DNA from: an uncultured Gammaproteobacteria bacterium
GTDB lineage: Bacteria; Patescibacteriota; Microgenomatia; Daviesbacterales; UBA10151
DNA: 32,000 nucleotides
Reading direction: 5' to 3'
Assembly: GCA_964360965.1 (NCBI GenBank)
Contig: CAYHYM010000002.1
Coordinates: 40,412 to 72,411, forward strand
Position numbers and translations under genes: made by a program. Shown here piece after piece: positions 14,806 through 22,959 of this stretch. The notes below the pieces were generated by a model, which was not told the DNA's origin, made no database searches, and saw only the letters and a program-made list of their open reading frames with translations. The first letter of the stretch is position 1. Each line of letters begins with the position of its first letter.

Positions 14806-17028
14806 ATGAACAAGTTCTTGCTCCGCCCCCTATCCCTTGTCCTTCTTTTGTCCCAATTTATCTTGATTAAAATAGGTGAGTTGCCTTTTTGGCTAATTAG
14901 CAGGACGCTTGCGTTAGCAAGCAAGAGAGTGAGGTTGCCGGCCGAAGCGTTCCGCTGGCATCGTGGTCGTGGCCGTCCACCCAAATTATGGAATAAAATT
15001 CCCCAAAAAATTAAGATCATTACCTCTATAGCGGTTTTGGCATTAATTTTTTTTCTCTATACCAATTTTGTTTTTATGGCTGCTTATCAGTTGCCAAACC
15101 CTGATCGTCTTACCTCCCCCACCCAACCCTTAACAACTGAAATTTATGACAGAAAGGGACAGCTTTTATACAGGCTTTATGAGGACAGAAACAGAAGCCT
15201 GATTAAATTTGAAGATTTGCCAAAATATCTGATACATGCCACTATTGCCATAGAAGATAAAAATTTTTATCAGCATCTAGGCGTAGATTCATCAGCCATC
15301 ATCCGGGCTATTTATCACAACATCACCCAAAAAAACCTGCAAGGCGCCTCCACCATTACCCAGCAACTGATCAAAAACACTCTATTAACAACCGAACAAA
15401 CATACCAGCGAAAAATAAAGGAAATTTTTTTGGCATTTTGGGCAGAGAGAATTTATTCTAAAGACCAGATTCTTAAGATGTATTTTAATGAAGCGCCATT
15501 CGGGGGAACCGCCTGGGGAGTAGAGGCTGCCTCGCAAACTTATTTTGGGAAAACCACCCGCGATCTAAATTTGGCTGAATCAGCCTATCTGGCAGGGCTG
15601 CCGGCCTCACCCACCCAATTTTCACCTTTTACCGCATCTTTCCAGGTGGCCAAAACCCGCCAAAAAGAGGTCTTGAGCAAAATGGTGGAGGCAGGATTTA
15701 TTGACAAACTACAAGCTCATGAAGCTACAGATAAACCTTTAAACTTACTGCCCCAAAAAAACAGTATTCTGGCCCCGCACTTTGTGATGTATGTTAAAGA
15801 TTTGCTCTCTCAAAAATTCGGTCCCAGAGTGGTTTCCCAGGGTGGGTTAAAAATTACCACCACCCTGGATTTAAACCTTCAGCAAAATTTGGAAAAAATT
15901 GTCAAAGAAGAAGTGGAAAAATTAACAGAACTTAATGTGCAAAATGGAGCAATTCTTGTAACTGACCCAAAATCCGGACAGATTCTGGCTATGGTGGGAA
16001 GTAAAGATTACTATCAGGAAAGCTTTGGTAATTTCAATGTGACAACAGCCCTGCGCCAACCAGGCTCATCCATCAAACCAGCAACCTATGCAGCGGCTTT
16101 TGAGGCAGGATACTCCCCGGGCAACACCATTTTAGATGCTCCGGTTAACTTTATTCAACCAGGCAGCAAACCTTACTCTCCCCTAAATTATGATGGTATA
16201 TTTCATGGGCCTGTATCAATACGGGTAGCCTTAGGTTCATCTTATAATGTGCCTGCTGTAAAGATGCTCTCCACAGTGGGAATTCCCCGTATGATTGCAA
16301 CTGCCAAAAGTTTGGGGATCACCACTTTTGATCCGCCAACTGGCGGACCACAAAGGTTTGGTCTATCACTGACTCTGGGTGGTGGAGAGGTTAAAATGAT
16401 TGACATGATGGCGCTTTATGGCACATTTTCCCAGATGGGCCGATTTAATCGGCCCACACCAATTCTTAAGGTGACAGACTCAAATGGAAATGTCCTGGAA
16501 GAATACTCCAACCAGAGTATCCAAGCGCTCCAGCCTGAAATTGCCTATCTTGTAACTCACATCTTATCTGATAACAAAGCCAGAACCCCTGCTTTTGGGG
16601 CAAATTCACAGCTTTTTATCGCAGACCATCAGGTGGCTGTAAAAACCGGCACCTCTGATAATAAAAGGGATAACTGGACCTTTGGCTATACCCCTTCCTT
16701 TGTGGTGGGGGTGTGGGTGGGCAATAATGACAACTCCCCCATGAACCCTACTTTAACCTCAGGTGTAACCGGTGCCGCTCCTATTTGGAATAGGATTATG
16801 AAGCAGCTTTTGGCAAATCATCCCTTTTTAGGATTTGTCCGTCCGGCAGGGATTGTTGAGGCGCAAATTGACGGAAGACAAGATCTGACCCTTTCCAGAA
16901 ATATTCCCAAATCTTTAGTCAGGATTAGAAAAGATGGTGATAACTTTCACTATTCTGATGCCTTCTCAACGTTTGCCACCTCCTCTGCCGAGTCAAACTC
17001 GGCTAGGACGTTTGACAGTACAAATTAG
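14806..17028 (+). CDS. class A penicillin-binding protein (bifunctional transglycosylase/transpeptidase, PBP1A type)
   Basis: GT51 motifs AIEDKNFYQHLGVD, GASTITQQL and RKIKE. Transpeptidase motifs SSIKP (SxxK), SYN (SxN) and KTGTS (KTG). N-terminal TM anchor. Confidence 0.9.
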   Translation: MNKFLLRPLSLVLLLSQFILIKIGELPFWLISRTLALASKRVRLPAEAFRWHRGRGRPPKLWNKIPQKIKIITSIAVLALIFFLYTNFVFMAAYQLPNPDRLTSPTQPLTTEIYDRKGQLLYRLYEDRNRSLIKFEDLPKYLIHATIAIEDKNFYQHLGVDSSAIIRAIYHNITQKNLQGASTITQQLIKNTLLTTEQTYQRKIKEIFLAFWAERIYSKDQILKMYFNEAPFGGTAWGVEAASQTYFGKTTRDLNLAESAYLAGLPASPTQFSPFTASFQVAKTRQKEVLSKMVEAGFIDKLQAHEATDKPLNLLPQKNSILAPHFVMYVKDLLSQKFGPRVVSQGGLKITTTLDLNLQQNLEKIVKEEVEKLTELNVQNGAILVTDPKSGQILAMVGSKDYYQESFGNFNVTTALRQPGSSIKPATYAAAFEAGYSPGNTILDAPVNFIQPGSKPYSPLNYDGIFHGPVSIRVALGSSYNVPAVKMLSTVGIPRMIATAKSLGITTFDPPTGGPQRFGLSLTLGGGEVKMIDMMALYGTFSQMGRFNRPTPILKVTDSNGNVLEEYSNQSIQALQPEIAYLVTHILSDNKARTPAFGANSQLFIADHQVAVKTGTSDNKRDNWTFGYTPSFVVGVWVGNNDNSPMNPTLTSGVTGAAPIWNRIMKQLLANHPFLGFVRPAGIVEAQIDGRQDLTLSRNIPKSLVRIRKDGDNFHYSDAFSTFATSSAESNSARTFDSTN
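16332..16347. repeat. palindrome TCCGCCA-AC-TGGCGGA inside the PBP gene (encodes PPTGG)
   Basis: It has the same arms, spacing and reading phase as the palindrome in def at 3176-3191. Confidence 0.7.
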
Positions 17029-17056
17029 CTGGTTACGCACGCAAGGCCTGGCCTCC

Positions 17057-17449
17057 CTACTCACCCAGCGCCACCCAGCCTCTTAGGTCTTTTTTTGAAA
17101 GTTTGAGGGGTGAGGTAATAAAAGGATCAACTTCCCCTATAAAAATTAAAGTGCCATATTTGGCAGTTTCTTTACCTTTCCAGTAACTTTCATCAACAGC
17201 TAACTTACTTCCATACTTTTCCCTGACCTCCCCGATATCCCCAACCTCTAACCCATCATAAAAGATCACTTTTTTTACTCTAAATTGACCGATTGGATCT
17301 TTTCCAGAAGGCTTTATATAAACCAAATCCCCTGCTGATATCTGGCCAAAAGGTGGATCGCGCCTTTTAGAAAACCTGCTTTCAATAGTTTTTTTACCGG
17401 ATAAAATTAACTCCCCCACATCATTTTTAAAAATAGCCAGATGTTTCAT
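17057..17449 (-). CDS. ASCH domain protein
   Basis: 130 aa with ILSGKKTIESRFSKRRDPPFGQISAGDLVYIK and a C-terminal KKDLRGWVAL, the typical ASCH/PUA-like pattern. TGATATAAT lies 9 nt upstream of the ATG. Confidence 0.55.
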   Translation of the reverse strand: MKHLAIFKNDVGELILSGKKTIESRFSKRRDPPFGQISAGDLVYIKPSGKDPIGQFRVKKVIFYDGLEVGDIGEVREKYGSKLAVDESYWKGKETAKYGTLIFIGEVDPFITSPLKLSKKDLRGWVALGE

Positions 17450-17479
17450 AGCTTGGCCATTATATCATTTAAGAAGATA

Positions 17480-17508
17480 TTGATTATCATATGTCTACCT
17501 GTTATACT
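17480..17508 (+). promoter_or_regulatory. sigma70-like promoter of the secE-nusG-rplK operon
   Basis: TTGATT (17480-17485) - 17 nt - TATACT (17503-17508). The downstream leader has a TCCTCC/GGAGGA hairpin (17518-17535) that pairs the secE SD and is followed by a T run. Confidence 0.4.
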
Positions 17509-17546
17509 TGACAAAGTTCCTCCAAAATTGGAGGATTTTTTATACT

Positions 17547-17741
17547 ATGAATAAAGTGATCAGCTTTTTGAATGAAGCGAAAGAAGAGTTAAATAAGGTA
17601 GCCTGGCCCACCAGGGAGCAAACTATCCGCTACACTGTTTTGGTTATTTTGGTGACTGTGGTTGTTGGGGTGGCCTTGGGAGGGTTAGACTATATATTGA
17701 CTTTACTGACTACCTTTTTAATAGAAAACTATGGAAGATAA
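17547..17741 (+). CDS. secE: preprotein translocase subunit SecE
   Basis: The start was moved to the ATG at 17547, 11 nt after GGAGGA. ELNKVAWPTREQTIRYTVLVILVTVVVGV gives the SecE signature (KV.WP) plus a single TM helix. It sits directly upstream of nusG. Confidence 0.8.
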   Translation: MNKVISFLNEAKEELNKVAWPTREQTIRYTVLVILVTVVVGVALGGLDYILTLLTTFLIENYGR

Positions 17742-18288
17742 ACAAACAGGCAAAACCGATGTTCCAGGCGCCCGTTGGTATGTGGTCCATACCTATTCCG
17801 GGCATGAAAATAAAGTGTCAGCCCAGCTGAAACAAAGAATAGAATCAGAACGTCTGGAAAACAAAATTTTGGAAATTTTGGTGCCTATTCAGAACAAAAT
17901 TGAAATTAAATCAGGTAAAAAAGTAACTGTGGCTGAAAAAATTTTTCCGGGATATATTTTGGTAAAAATGGTAATGGATGAGGCTTCCTGGCTGGCTGTC
18001 AGAACCACACCAGGAGTAACCGGTTTTGTGGGTATGGGTTCAAAACCTACTCCCATCTCCGATGATGAGGTTAAAACCATCATTCAGTTTACCAAAGCAG
18101 AAACACCCATCTTCAAACAGGTATTTGAAATCTCTGATACTGTTAAAATAGTTGACGGGCCTTTTGCAGATTTTATTGGTAAAGTGGATAACGTGGATGA
18201 GGAAAGAGGCAAGGTGAAGGTATTAGTGTCCATATTCGGACGCGAGACACCGGTAGAACTTGATTTCCTACAGGTTCAAAAGATATGA
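17731..18288 (+). CDS. nusG: transcription termination/antitermination factor NusG
   Basis: RWYVVHTYSGHENKV, FPGYILVKM and GVTGFVG, followed by a C-terminal KOW region (VKIVDGPFADFIGKV...IFGRETPVELDFLQV). Confidence 0.95.
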   Translation: MEDKQTGKTDVPGARWYVVHTYSGHENKVSAQLKQRIESERLENKILEILVPIQNKIEIKSGKKVTVAEKIFPGYILVKMVMDEASWLAVRTTPGVTGFVGMGSKPTPISDDEVKTIIQFTKAETPIFKQVFEISDTVKIVDGPFADFIGKVDNVDEERGKVKVLVSIFGRETPVELDFLQVQKI

Positions 18289-18326
18289 CACCACTATAGT
18301 GGTGAGCGAGCGAAGCGAGTCGAACC
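18289..18326. repeat. palindrome plus GC-rich module ending GAGTCGAACC directly before the rplK ATG
   Basis: CACCACTATAGTGGTG is followed by AGCGAGCGAAGCGAGTCGAACC-ATGG. The last ~21 nt are nearly identical to the sequence preceding the rplA ATG. Confidence 0.6.
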
Positions 18327-18749
18327 ATGGCTAAGAAAGTTAAAACTTATATTAAATTAAACATTCCGGCAGGACTAGCCACTGCTGCCCCGCCTGTGGG
18401 ACCGGCTTTGGGCCAGCATGGTTTGCCCATCATGGAGTTTGTCAAAGCTTTTAATGAAAGAACTGCAGAAAAACAGGGCAATATCTTGCCTGTAGTAATC
18501 ACAGTTTATGAGGATCGGACTTTTTCCTTTATCACCAAACAGCCACCTGTGGCTGAAATGATCAAAAAAGCCCTGAGTTTGGAAAAAGGATCCGGAAAAG
18601 CTTTAAAAGAACCTGTGGGGAGTATAACTCATACTCAAGTTGAGCAAATTGCCCGCTCCAAAATGCCGGATTTAAATACTAGAAATCTTGAGGCTGCCAC
18701 AAAAATTGTGGAGGGAACAGCCAGATCAATGGGGGTTAAAGTACAGTAA
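18327..18749 (+). CDS. rplK: 50S ribosomal protein L11
   Basis: [32 protein letters not shown] is the canonical uL11 N-terminus. The length is typical at 140 aa. Confidence 0.95.
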   Translation: MAKKVKTYIKLNIPAGLATAAPPVGPALGQHGLPIMEFVKAFNERTAEKQGNILPVVITVYEDRTFSFITKQPPVAEMIKKALSLEKGSGKALKEPVGSITHTQVEQIARSKMPDLNTRNLEAATKIVEGTARSMGVKVQ

Positions 18750-18760
18750 ATGAAAGGAGA

Positions 18761-18803
18761 ACCCTTCGTCCTGAGTTAGTCGAAGGACGAAGTGAGTCGA
18801 ACC
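18761..18803. repeat. GC-rich hairpin module between an SD-like AAAGGAGAA and the rplA ATG
   Basis: The stem pairs CTTCGTCC (18764-18771) with GGACGAAG (18785-92), followed by TGAGTCGAACC-ATGG. Confidence 0.6.
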
Positions 18804-19640
18804 ATGGGTAAAACTAAAATTAAAATAATAGATGATTCTGCTGCGGTTGGTAGACAAGATGAGTTGGTGGAAAAATTAAAAACAGAACTGGGAATAAAAG
18901 ATGTACAGCAAAAGAATGGTAAGCCGGCAAAGTCTGAGTCAGCCAAAGCAATGGGTGAAGTTAATGACAAGACTAAAAAAGCCCAAAAGACTGGCAAAGC
19001 CAAACCCAGATCTAAAAAATACCAGGAACTGGTCAAAGATCTGGACAGATCCAAAACTTATCCTATTCCGGAAGCAGTTGACATGGTTAAAAAATTGTCC
19101 TATGCTAAATTTAATGGGACCTTAGAAGCTCATATAAATACCGCACAAACGGGGATCGCTGGTTACGTCTCCTTACCCTATGCGTCCGGCAAGAAACTTA
19201 GCATTTTAGCTTTTGGCCCTCTGCCCTCGCCCGAGGAATATGAAGGAGTAAGTTTTGGTGATGATTCAACCATAGAATCCATTTCCCAGGGTAAGGTGGA
19301 TATTGATTTGATAATAACTACTCCCGAATGGATGCCTAAACTTGCCAAAGTAGCCAAAATTTTAGGACCTAGGGGTTTAATGCCCAGCCCCAAAAATGGC
19401 ACAATAACTGATGACATTAAGAAAACTGTAGAGTCCTTCCAAACCGGAAAAACAGAGTATAAAACAGAACCTAAGACCCCCATTATCCATCTGGCTCTGG
19501 GGAAATTAGACCAACCAAATGAGGAACTTGAGGCCAATGTTAAAATTCTGCTTTCTACTTTGGGCAAAACCAGAGTTAAAAAGGTATCTTTATCCCCCAC
19601 CATGGGACCATCTGTTAAGGTGGATTTAGCTTCTGTGTAA
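18804..19640 (+). CDS. rplA: 50S ribosomal protein L1 with a ~65-aa Lys-rich N-terminal extension
   Basis: The canonical uL1 core starts at RSKKYQELVKDLDRSKTYPIPEAVDMVKK and includes GPRGLMPSPKNGT. The start was placed at the ATG at 18804; the track uses a GTG at 18792, and an internal ATG at 18951 would shorten the extension. Confidence 0.85.
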   Translation: MGKTKIKIIDDSAAVGRQDELVEKLKTELGIKDVQQKNGKPAKSESAKAMGEVNDKTKKAQKTGKAKPRSKKYQELVKDLDRSKTYPIPEAVDMVKKLSYAKFNGTLEAHINTAQTGIAGYVSLPYASGKKLSILAFGPLPSPEEYEGVSFGDDSTIESISQGKVDIDLIITTPEWMPKLAKVAKILGPRGLMPSPKNGTITDDIKKTVESFQTGKTEYKTEPKTPIIHLALGKLDQPNEELEANVKILLSTLGKTRVKKVSLSPTMGPSVKVDLASV

Positions 19641-20603
19641 AGCTTTTTTTAGGATCATTCTCAGATCAATCTTTAAAAAGTAAACAGAAATGATGCCAAA
19701 AATTAGGATAAAGACAGCAGTTAAAATATGAAACAGCACCACCATGGCAGAGGCAAGGTTGGGTTCAAGTCCAAAAACTCCGGAAAAAATCAGCAAGCCT
19801 GATGCTTCAGCAGATCCCACATAGCCCGGTGCTGCCGGAATAAGGTAAGTTAAAGCAGACAGAAGTTGTCCCAAATACATATTAATAAAAGGCTGGGGGT
19901 ATGAAATGGCCAAAAAAGTAAAATACCAGATGGCTGCATCTGTGGCGTATGCCAGTATAGTTAAAAAAAGGAGCGAAAATAAATCTATTGGCTTCCTATT
20001 TAAAATAGTAAAAGAATCTAAAATAAAACTACTAAACCTCTCAAAATATATCTTAATATTCTTAAATATTAATAGATTAATCAAAAATTTAACTAATTTT
20101 TGAGCAAAATCTTTATTAAAAATGGCTAAATAAGTTACAAGCAAGGCTAAAGATAGTATAATAATTATAATTGTTATAAAATTTATACTAAGAGAGGTGG
20201 GAATTATCAGCAAAAGTACACCTGATAAAAGTAAAACCACCAGAAAATCCAAAAAACGGTCCAAAAATACCCATACCAGTGATTTTGAAAGCGGCAAGCC
20301 ATATTGGGTATTTAAATAAATTCCCTTGGCTATTTCCCCTGCTCTGATGGGAATATAAAAATTAAAAAGCATGGCTACCCCGTTTAAGAAAAGCAAATCA
20401 GAAAATTTAATCCTTTTAATCTTGGAAAGAAAAATTTTAAATCTTAAACTTCTAATAAAAATGGAAAAAAATAGAAAAATAAACACTAAAATAAGATAGG
20501 ACAGGTTAGTTTGGGAAAGAGTTAAAAAAATTTGTCCAACATCTACAAATTGCAGCCATAAAAAAATCAGCGCCAATCCTATCGCTGTATTAAGTGCTAG
20601 CAT
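19626..20603 (-). CDS. flippase-like / lysylphosphatidylglycerol-synthase TM-region family membrane protein
   Basis: 325 aa and polytopic. SLRFKIFL ... FNFYIPIRAGEIAKG resembles the LPG_synthase_TM (UPF0104) family signature. Its 3' end overlaps rplA by 15 nt on the opposite strand. Confidence 0.55.
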   Translation of the reverse strand: MLALNTAIGLALIFLWLQFVDVGQIFLTLSQTNLSYLILVFIFLFFSIFIRSLRFKIFLSKIKRIKFSDLLFLNGVAMLFNFYIPIRAGEIAKGIYLNTQYGLPLSKSLVWVFLDRFLDFLVVLLLSGVLLLIIPTSLSINFITIIIIILSLALLVTYLAIFNKDFAQKLVKFLINLLIFKNIKIYFERFSSFILDSFTILNRKPIDLFSLLFLTILAYATDAAIWYFTFLAISYPQPFINMYLGQLLSALTYLIPAAPGYVGSAEASGLLIFSGVFGLEPNLASAMVVLFHILTAVFILIFGIISVYFLKIDLRMILKKALHRS

Positions 20604-20648
20604 ATAATTAACTATACTTCAAAAAGATAAACTTTGTATAATAAAATT

Positions 20649-21434
20649 ATGTTTACTACTTTAAAACAAAAAATTATTCTGGCCATCTATATCTTTATTC
20701 TTATTTCAATACCAATTGGCTCGTATCTGGCATCTTCCCGTCAAACTTATAAAAGCAAAGCCGCAGAAGCAGATCATGTCATTATTTCTTCACCTGATGA
20801 GGAAAAAGAAAAATCTGCCACCAAATCTGCCAAAAAAACAACCACTCCAGCTTCCACTCCTTCGCCTTCGCCCACAGTGGCTGTATCTTTTGGGCCTACC
20901 ATGAACTTAAAGCTTATTTTGGAAGGAAGACCCAAAGACAAATATGCCGGCAAAGTTTTTATTGGCATTGCCGAAGGGACATCTTTCTCATCTGGCGGGC
21001 CCAAATATCTGCTGCAGTTTACTATAGACTTGCCCTCATCTGGATTTTTTGAAGGTTTGTCTTTGGCAGGACTCTCAGCTGGCACTACTTACTCAGCCTA
21101 TATCAAACCTACAGTTCAAATTGCCACCTCTTCCGCTTTTATCATGTCACCATCAATTACCAATTTAAACAGCGGAGCTCCTTTGACCATTTTAACAGGT
21201 GATTTAAATGAGGATAACACCATAAATTCGGCTGATTACTCCATTGCCAAGGCAGCTTTTGGCGCAATACCATCATCCTCAAATTGGAATGAAAATATTG
21301 ATTTTAATAAGGATCAAAGAATAAACAGCTTTGATTTGGGGCTGATTGTTAAAAATTTTGGCAAAACAGGACTGTCCGGAGTGTGGATTTCACCCACCCC
21401 CGCCACTAAATCAGGATCAATTGACAAATTATAA
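20649..21434 (+). CDS. secreted or anchored protein with a C-terminal dockerin-like repeat pair
   Basis: The start was moved to the ATG at 20649, 6 nt after TGTATAAT. An N-terminal TM/signal helix is followed by a Ser/Thr/Pro-rich linker. Two Ca-binding dockerin-like repeats follow: GDLNEDNTINSADYSIAKAAFG and IDFNKDQRINSFDLGLIVKNFG. Confidence 0.6.
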   Translation: MFTTLKQKIILAIYIFILISIPIGSYLASSRQTYKSKAAEADHVIISSPDEEKEKSATKSAKKTTTPASTPSPSPTVAVSFGPTMNLKLILEGRPKDKYAGKVFIGIAEGTSFSSGGPKYLLQFTIDLPSSGFFEGLSLAGLSAGTTYSAYIKPTVQIATSSAFIMSPSITNLNSGAPLTILTGDLNEDNTINSADYSIAKAAFGAIPSSSNWNENIDFNKDQRINSFDLGLIVKNFGKTGLSGVWISPTPATKSGSIDKL

Positions 21435-21506
21435 CAACTAAGGTAAAATTATAACAGCTTAAGATAGTAGGCAGGTTAAAATTTTGACCATAAGACTTAC
21501 TGAGGC

Positions 21507-21533
21507 AAAAACTCCTCGGTAGAAGGAGTTTTT
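21507..21533 (+). promoter_or_regulatory. rplJ leader hairpin sequestering the SD (L10-leader-like or attenuator)
   Basis: A 10-bp stem pairs AAAAACTCCT (21507-21516) with AGGAGTTTTT (21524-21533) around a 7-nt loop. The AGGAG in the 3' arm is the rplJ SD, 7 nt before the ATG at 21536. The 3' arm runs into a T tract. Confidence 0.45.
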
Positions 21534-21535
21534 TA

Positions 21536-22096
21536 ATGGCTAAAACAAGATTACAAAAAAAGCAAACAATTACTGATTTAAAGCAAAAGCTTGACCGGGC
21601 CAAGGCTGTGGTTTTTGCAGATTATAAAGGCTTAACCATGAAGCAGTTATCTGATCTGCGAAGTAAACTGTATGACCTTAACGCAGAGTTTACAATTACC
21701 AAAAATACTCTTCTTAAAAGAGCTTTAGCAGCGATGGGTGACAGCGAGGAGGGATCCCTGGCGATCTTTGATGGTCCCACAGCCACCCTTTTTGCTTACG
21801 GCGATGAAATCTCCCCTATTAAAACTTTGGCCAAAATCTTAAAAGATGCAGGCCTTGGTAAGGTAAAAGCCGGATTTTTGAGGCTCCAGGGGGACGCCTT
21901 GGAGGCACGATTTGAGGCACTTGATGAATATAGAGTAATTTCACTTTCACAGCTTCCAGGAAAAGATGAACTCAGAGGACAAACCGTAAGTGTATTATTT
22001 GCTCCCCTTCAGGGGATAGTTGGAGTCCTAAATGGTAATTTAAGAAATCTGGTATATGCATTAAATCAAATTAAATTACAGAAAGGTGGTGAATAA
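21536..22096 (+). CDS. rplJ: 50S ribosomal protein L10
   Basis: The N-terminus shows the uL10 pattern ([38 protein letters not shown]), and the gene lies directly upstream of rplL. Confidence 0.9.
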   Translation: MAKTRLQKKQTITDLKQKLDRAKAVVFADYKGLTMKQLSDLRSKLYDLNAEFTITKNTLLKRALAAMGDSEEGSLAIFDGPTATLFAYGDEISPIKTLAKILKDAGLGKVKAGFLRLQGDALEARFEALDEYRVISLSQLPGKDELRGQTVSVLFAPLQGIVGVLNGNLRNLVYALNQIKLQKGGE

Positions 22097-22104
22097 AATT
22101 TACT

Positions 22105-22536
22105 ATGGCAAACGATACACAAAAATTGGAAAAAATTAGCGCTCCGCTGAGTAATTCCTTAAAAGGAATTATAGAACAAATTGAAAAACTTTCTGTTTTG
22201 GAACTGGCTGATTTGGTTCATGCACTCGAAGATAGATTTGGTGTTTCAGCGCAAGCTTCGGTTGCTGTTGCAGCAGGACAGGCCGCCTCCGCACAAGGCT
22301 CCGGCGAGCCGATGGAAGAAAAAACAACTTTCAATGTTGTTTTAACTCAAGCAGGAGCAAATAAAATTGCAGTTATTAAAGCTGTAAGAGAATTGGTTCA
22401 AACATTAGGATTAAAAGAAGCTAAAGATTTGGTAGAAGCAGCTCCAAAACCTGTTTTGGAATCTGTAAACAAAGCTACTGCTGAAGAAGCAAAAACTAAA
22501 TTAACAGCAGCTGGAGGAACAGTTGAGTTGCAGTAA
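22105..22536 (+). CDS. rplL: 50S ribosomal protein L7/L12
   Basis: N-terminal dimerisation helix ([28 protein letters not shown]), an Ala/Gly hinge, and the C-terminal domain [31 protein letters not shown]...GGTVELQ. Confidence 0.95.
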   Translation: MANDTQKLEKISAPLSNSLKGIIEQIEKLSVLELADLVHALEDRFGVSAQASVAVAAGQAASAQGSGEPMEEKTTFNVVLTQAGANKIAVIKAVRELVQTLGLKEAKDLVEAAPKPVLESVNKATAEEAKTKLTAAGGTVELQ

Positions 22537-22625
22537 TGCAACGAAACCCTGAGCATAGTCGTACTTCGAGTTCCCTCAGTATGACCCTGAGTGCTAATCG
22601 AATGGGTCGAAGGGTGGAATTACAG
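22537..22625. repeat. GC-rich dispersed element cluster downstream of rplL
   Basis: ACCCTGAGC and ACCCTGAGT occur once each and GGGTCGAAGGGT once. These are the same motif vocabulary as at 30154-30243. Confidence 0.5.
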
Positions 22626-22682
22626 TGAATGAAATTGAGGGATTGACACCCATTGTTTTCTTATGATATACAATGAGACAGA

Positions 22683-22916
22683 ATGGCAGACAAGTTATCA
22701 CTTGACAATTTACCTGATCTTTTAACAGTTAGAGAAGTGGCTGAAATTTTAAGAGTCTCTCCTTTAACCATTAAAAGATGGGGTAAAAGAGGCAAACTGC
22801 CTGCCATTAGAATTAATTCCAGAGGAGATAGAAGATATAAGAAGGAAGCCGTACTTTGGCTGCTGGGAATAACCCAGAAATCATCAACAAGTGAAACTCA
22901 GCAATCATCTTATTAG
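22683..22916 (+). CDS. excisionase-family (MerR-like) helix-turn-helix DNA-binding protein
   Basis: LLTVREVAEILRVSPLTIKRWGKRGKLPAIRINSRGDRRYKKEAV is the typical excisionase/HTH_17 pattern. TACAAT lies 8 nt upstream of the ATG. Confidence 0.65.
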   Translation: MADKLSLDNLPDLLTVREVAEILRVSPLTIKRWGKRGKLPAIRINSRGDRRYKKEAVLWLLGITQKSSTSETQQSSY

Positions 22917-22959
22917 CCTGCTAACTGGTCATGAATATGTTGTCACAAAGGCAAAATAA

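Noticed and set aside
9187-17449. The whole 8.3-kb block between tRNA-Trp and secE as a single genomic island.
   Set aside because: There is no integrase and no repeat of the tRNA-Trp 3' end visible by eye. The block contains a core PBP1A gene. It is more likely several independent small insertions plus resident genes.
18750-18779. Nine-codon upstream ORF (MKGEPFVLS) starting right after the rplK stop, with AAAGGAG internal to it.
   Set aside because: It is too short to support and has no independent evidence. It is mentioned only as context for the rplA leader.
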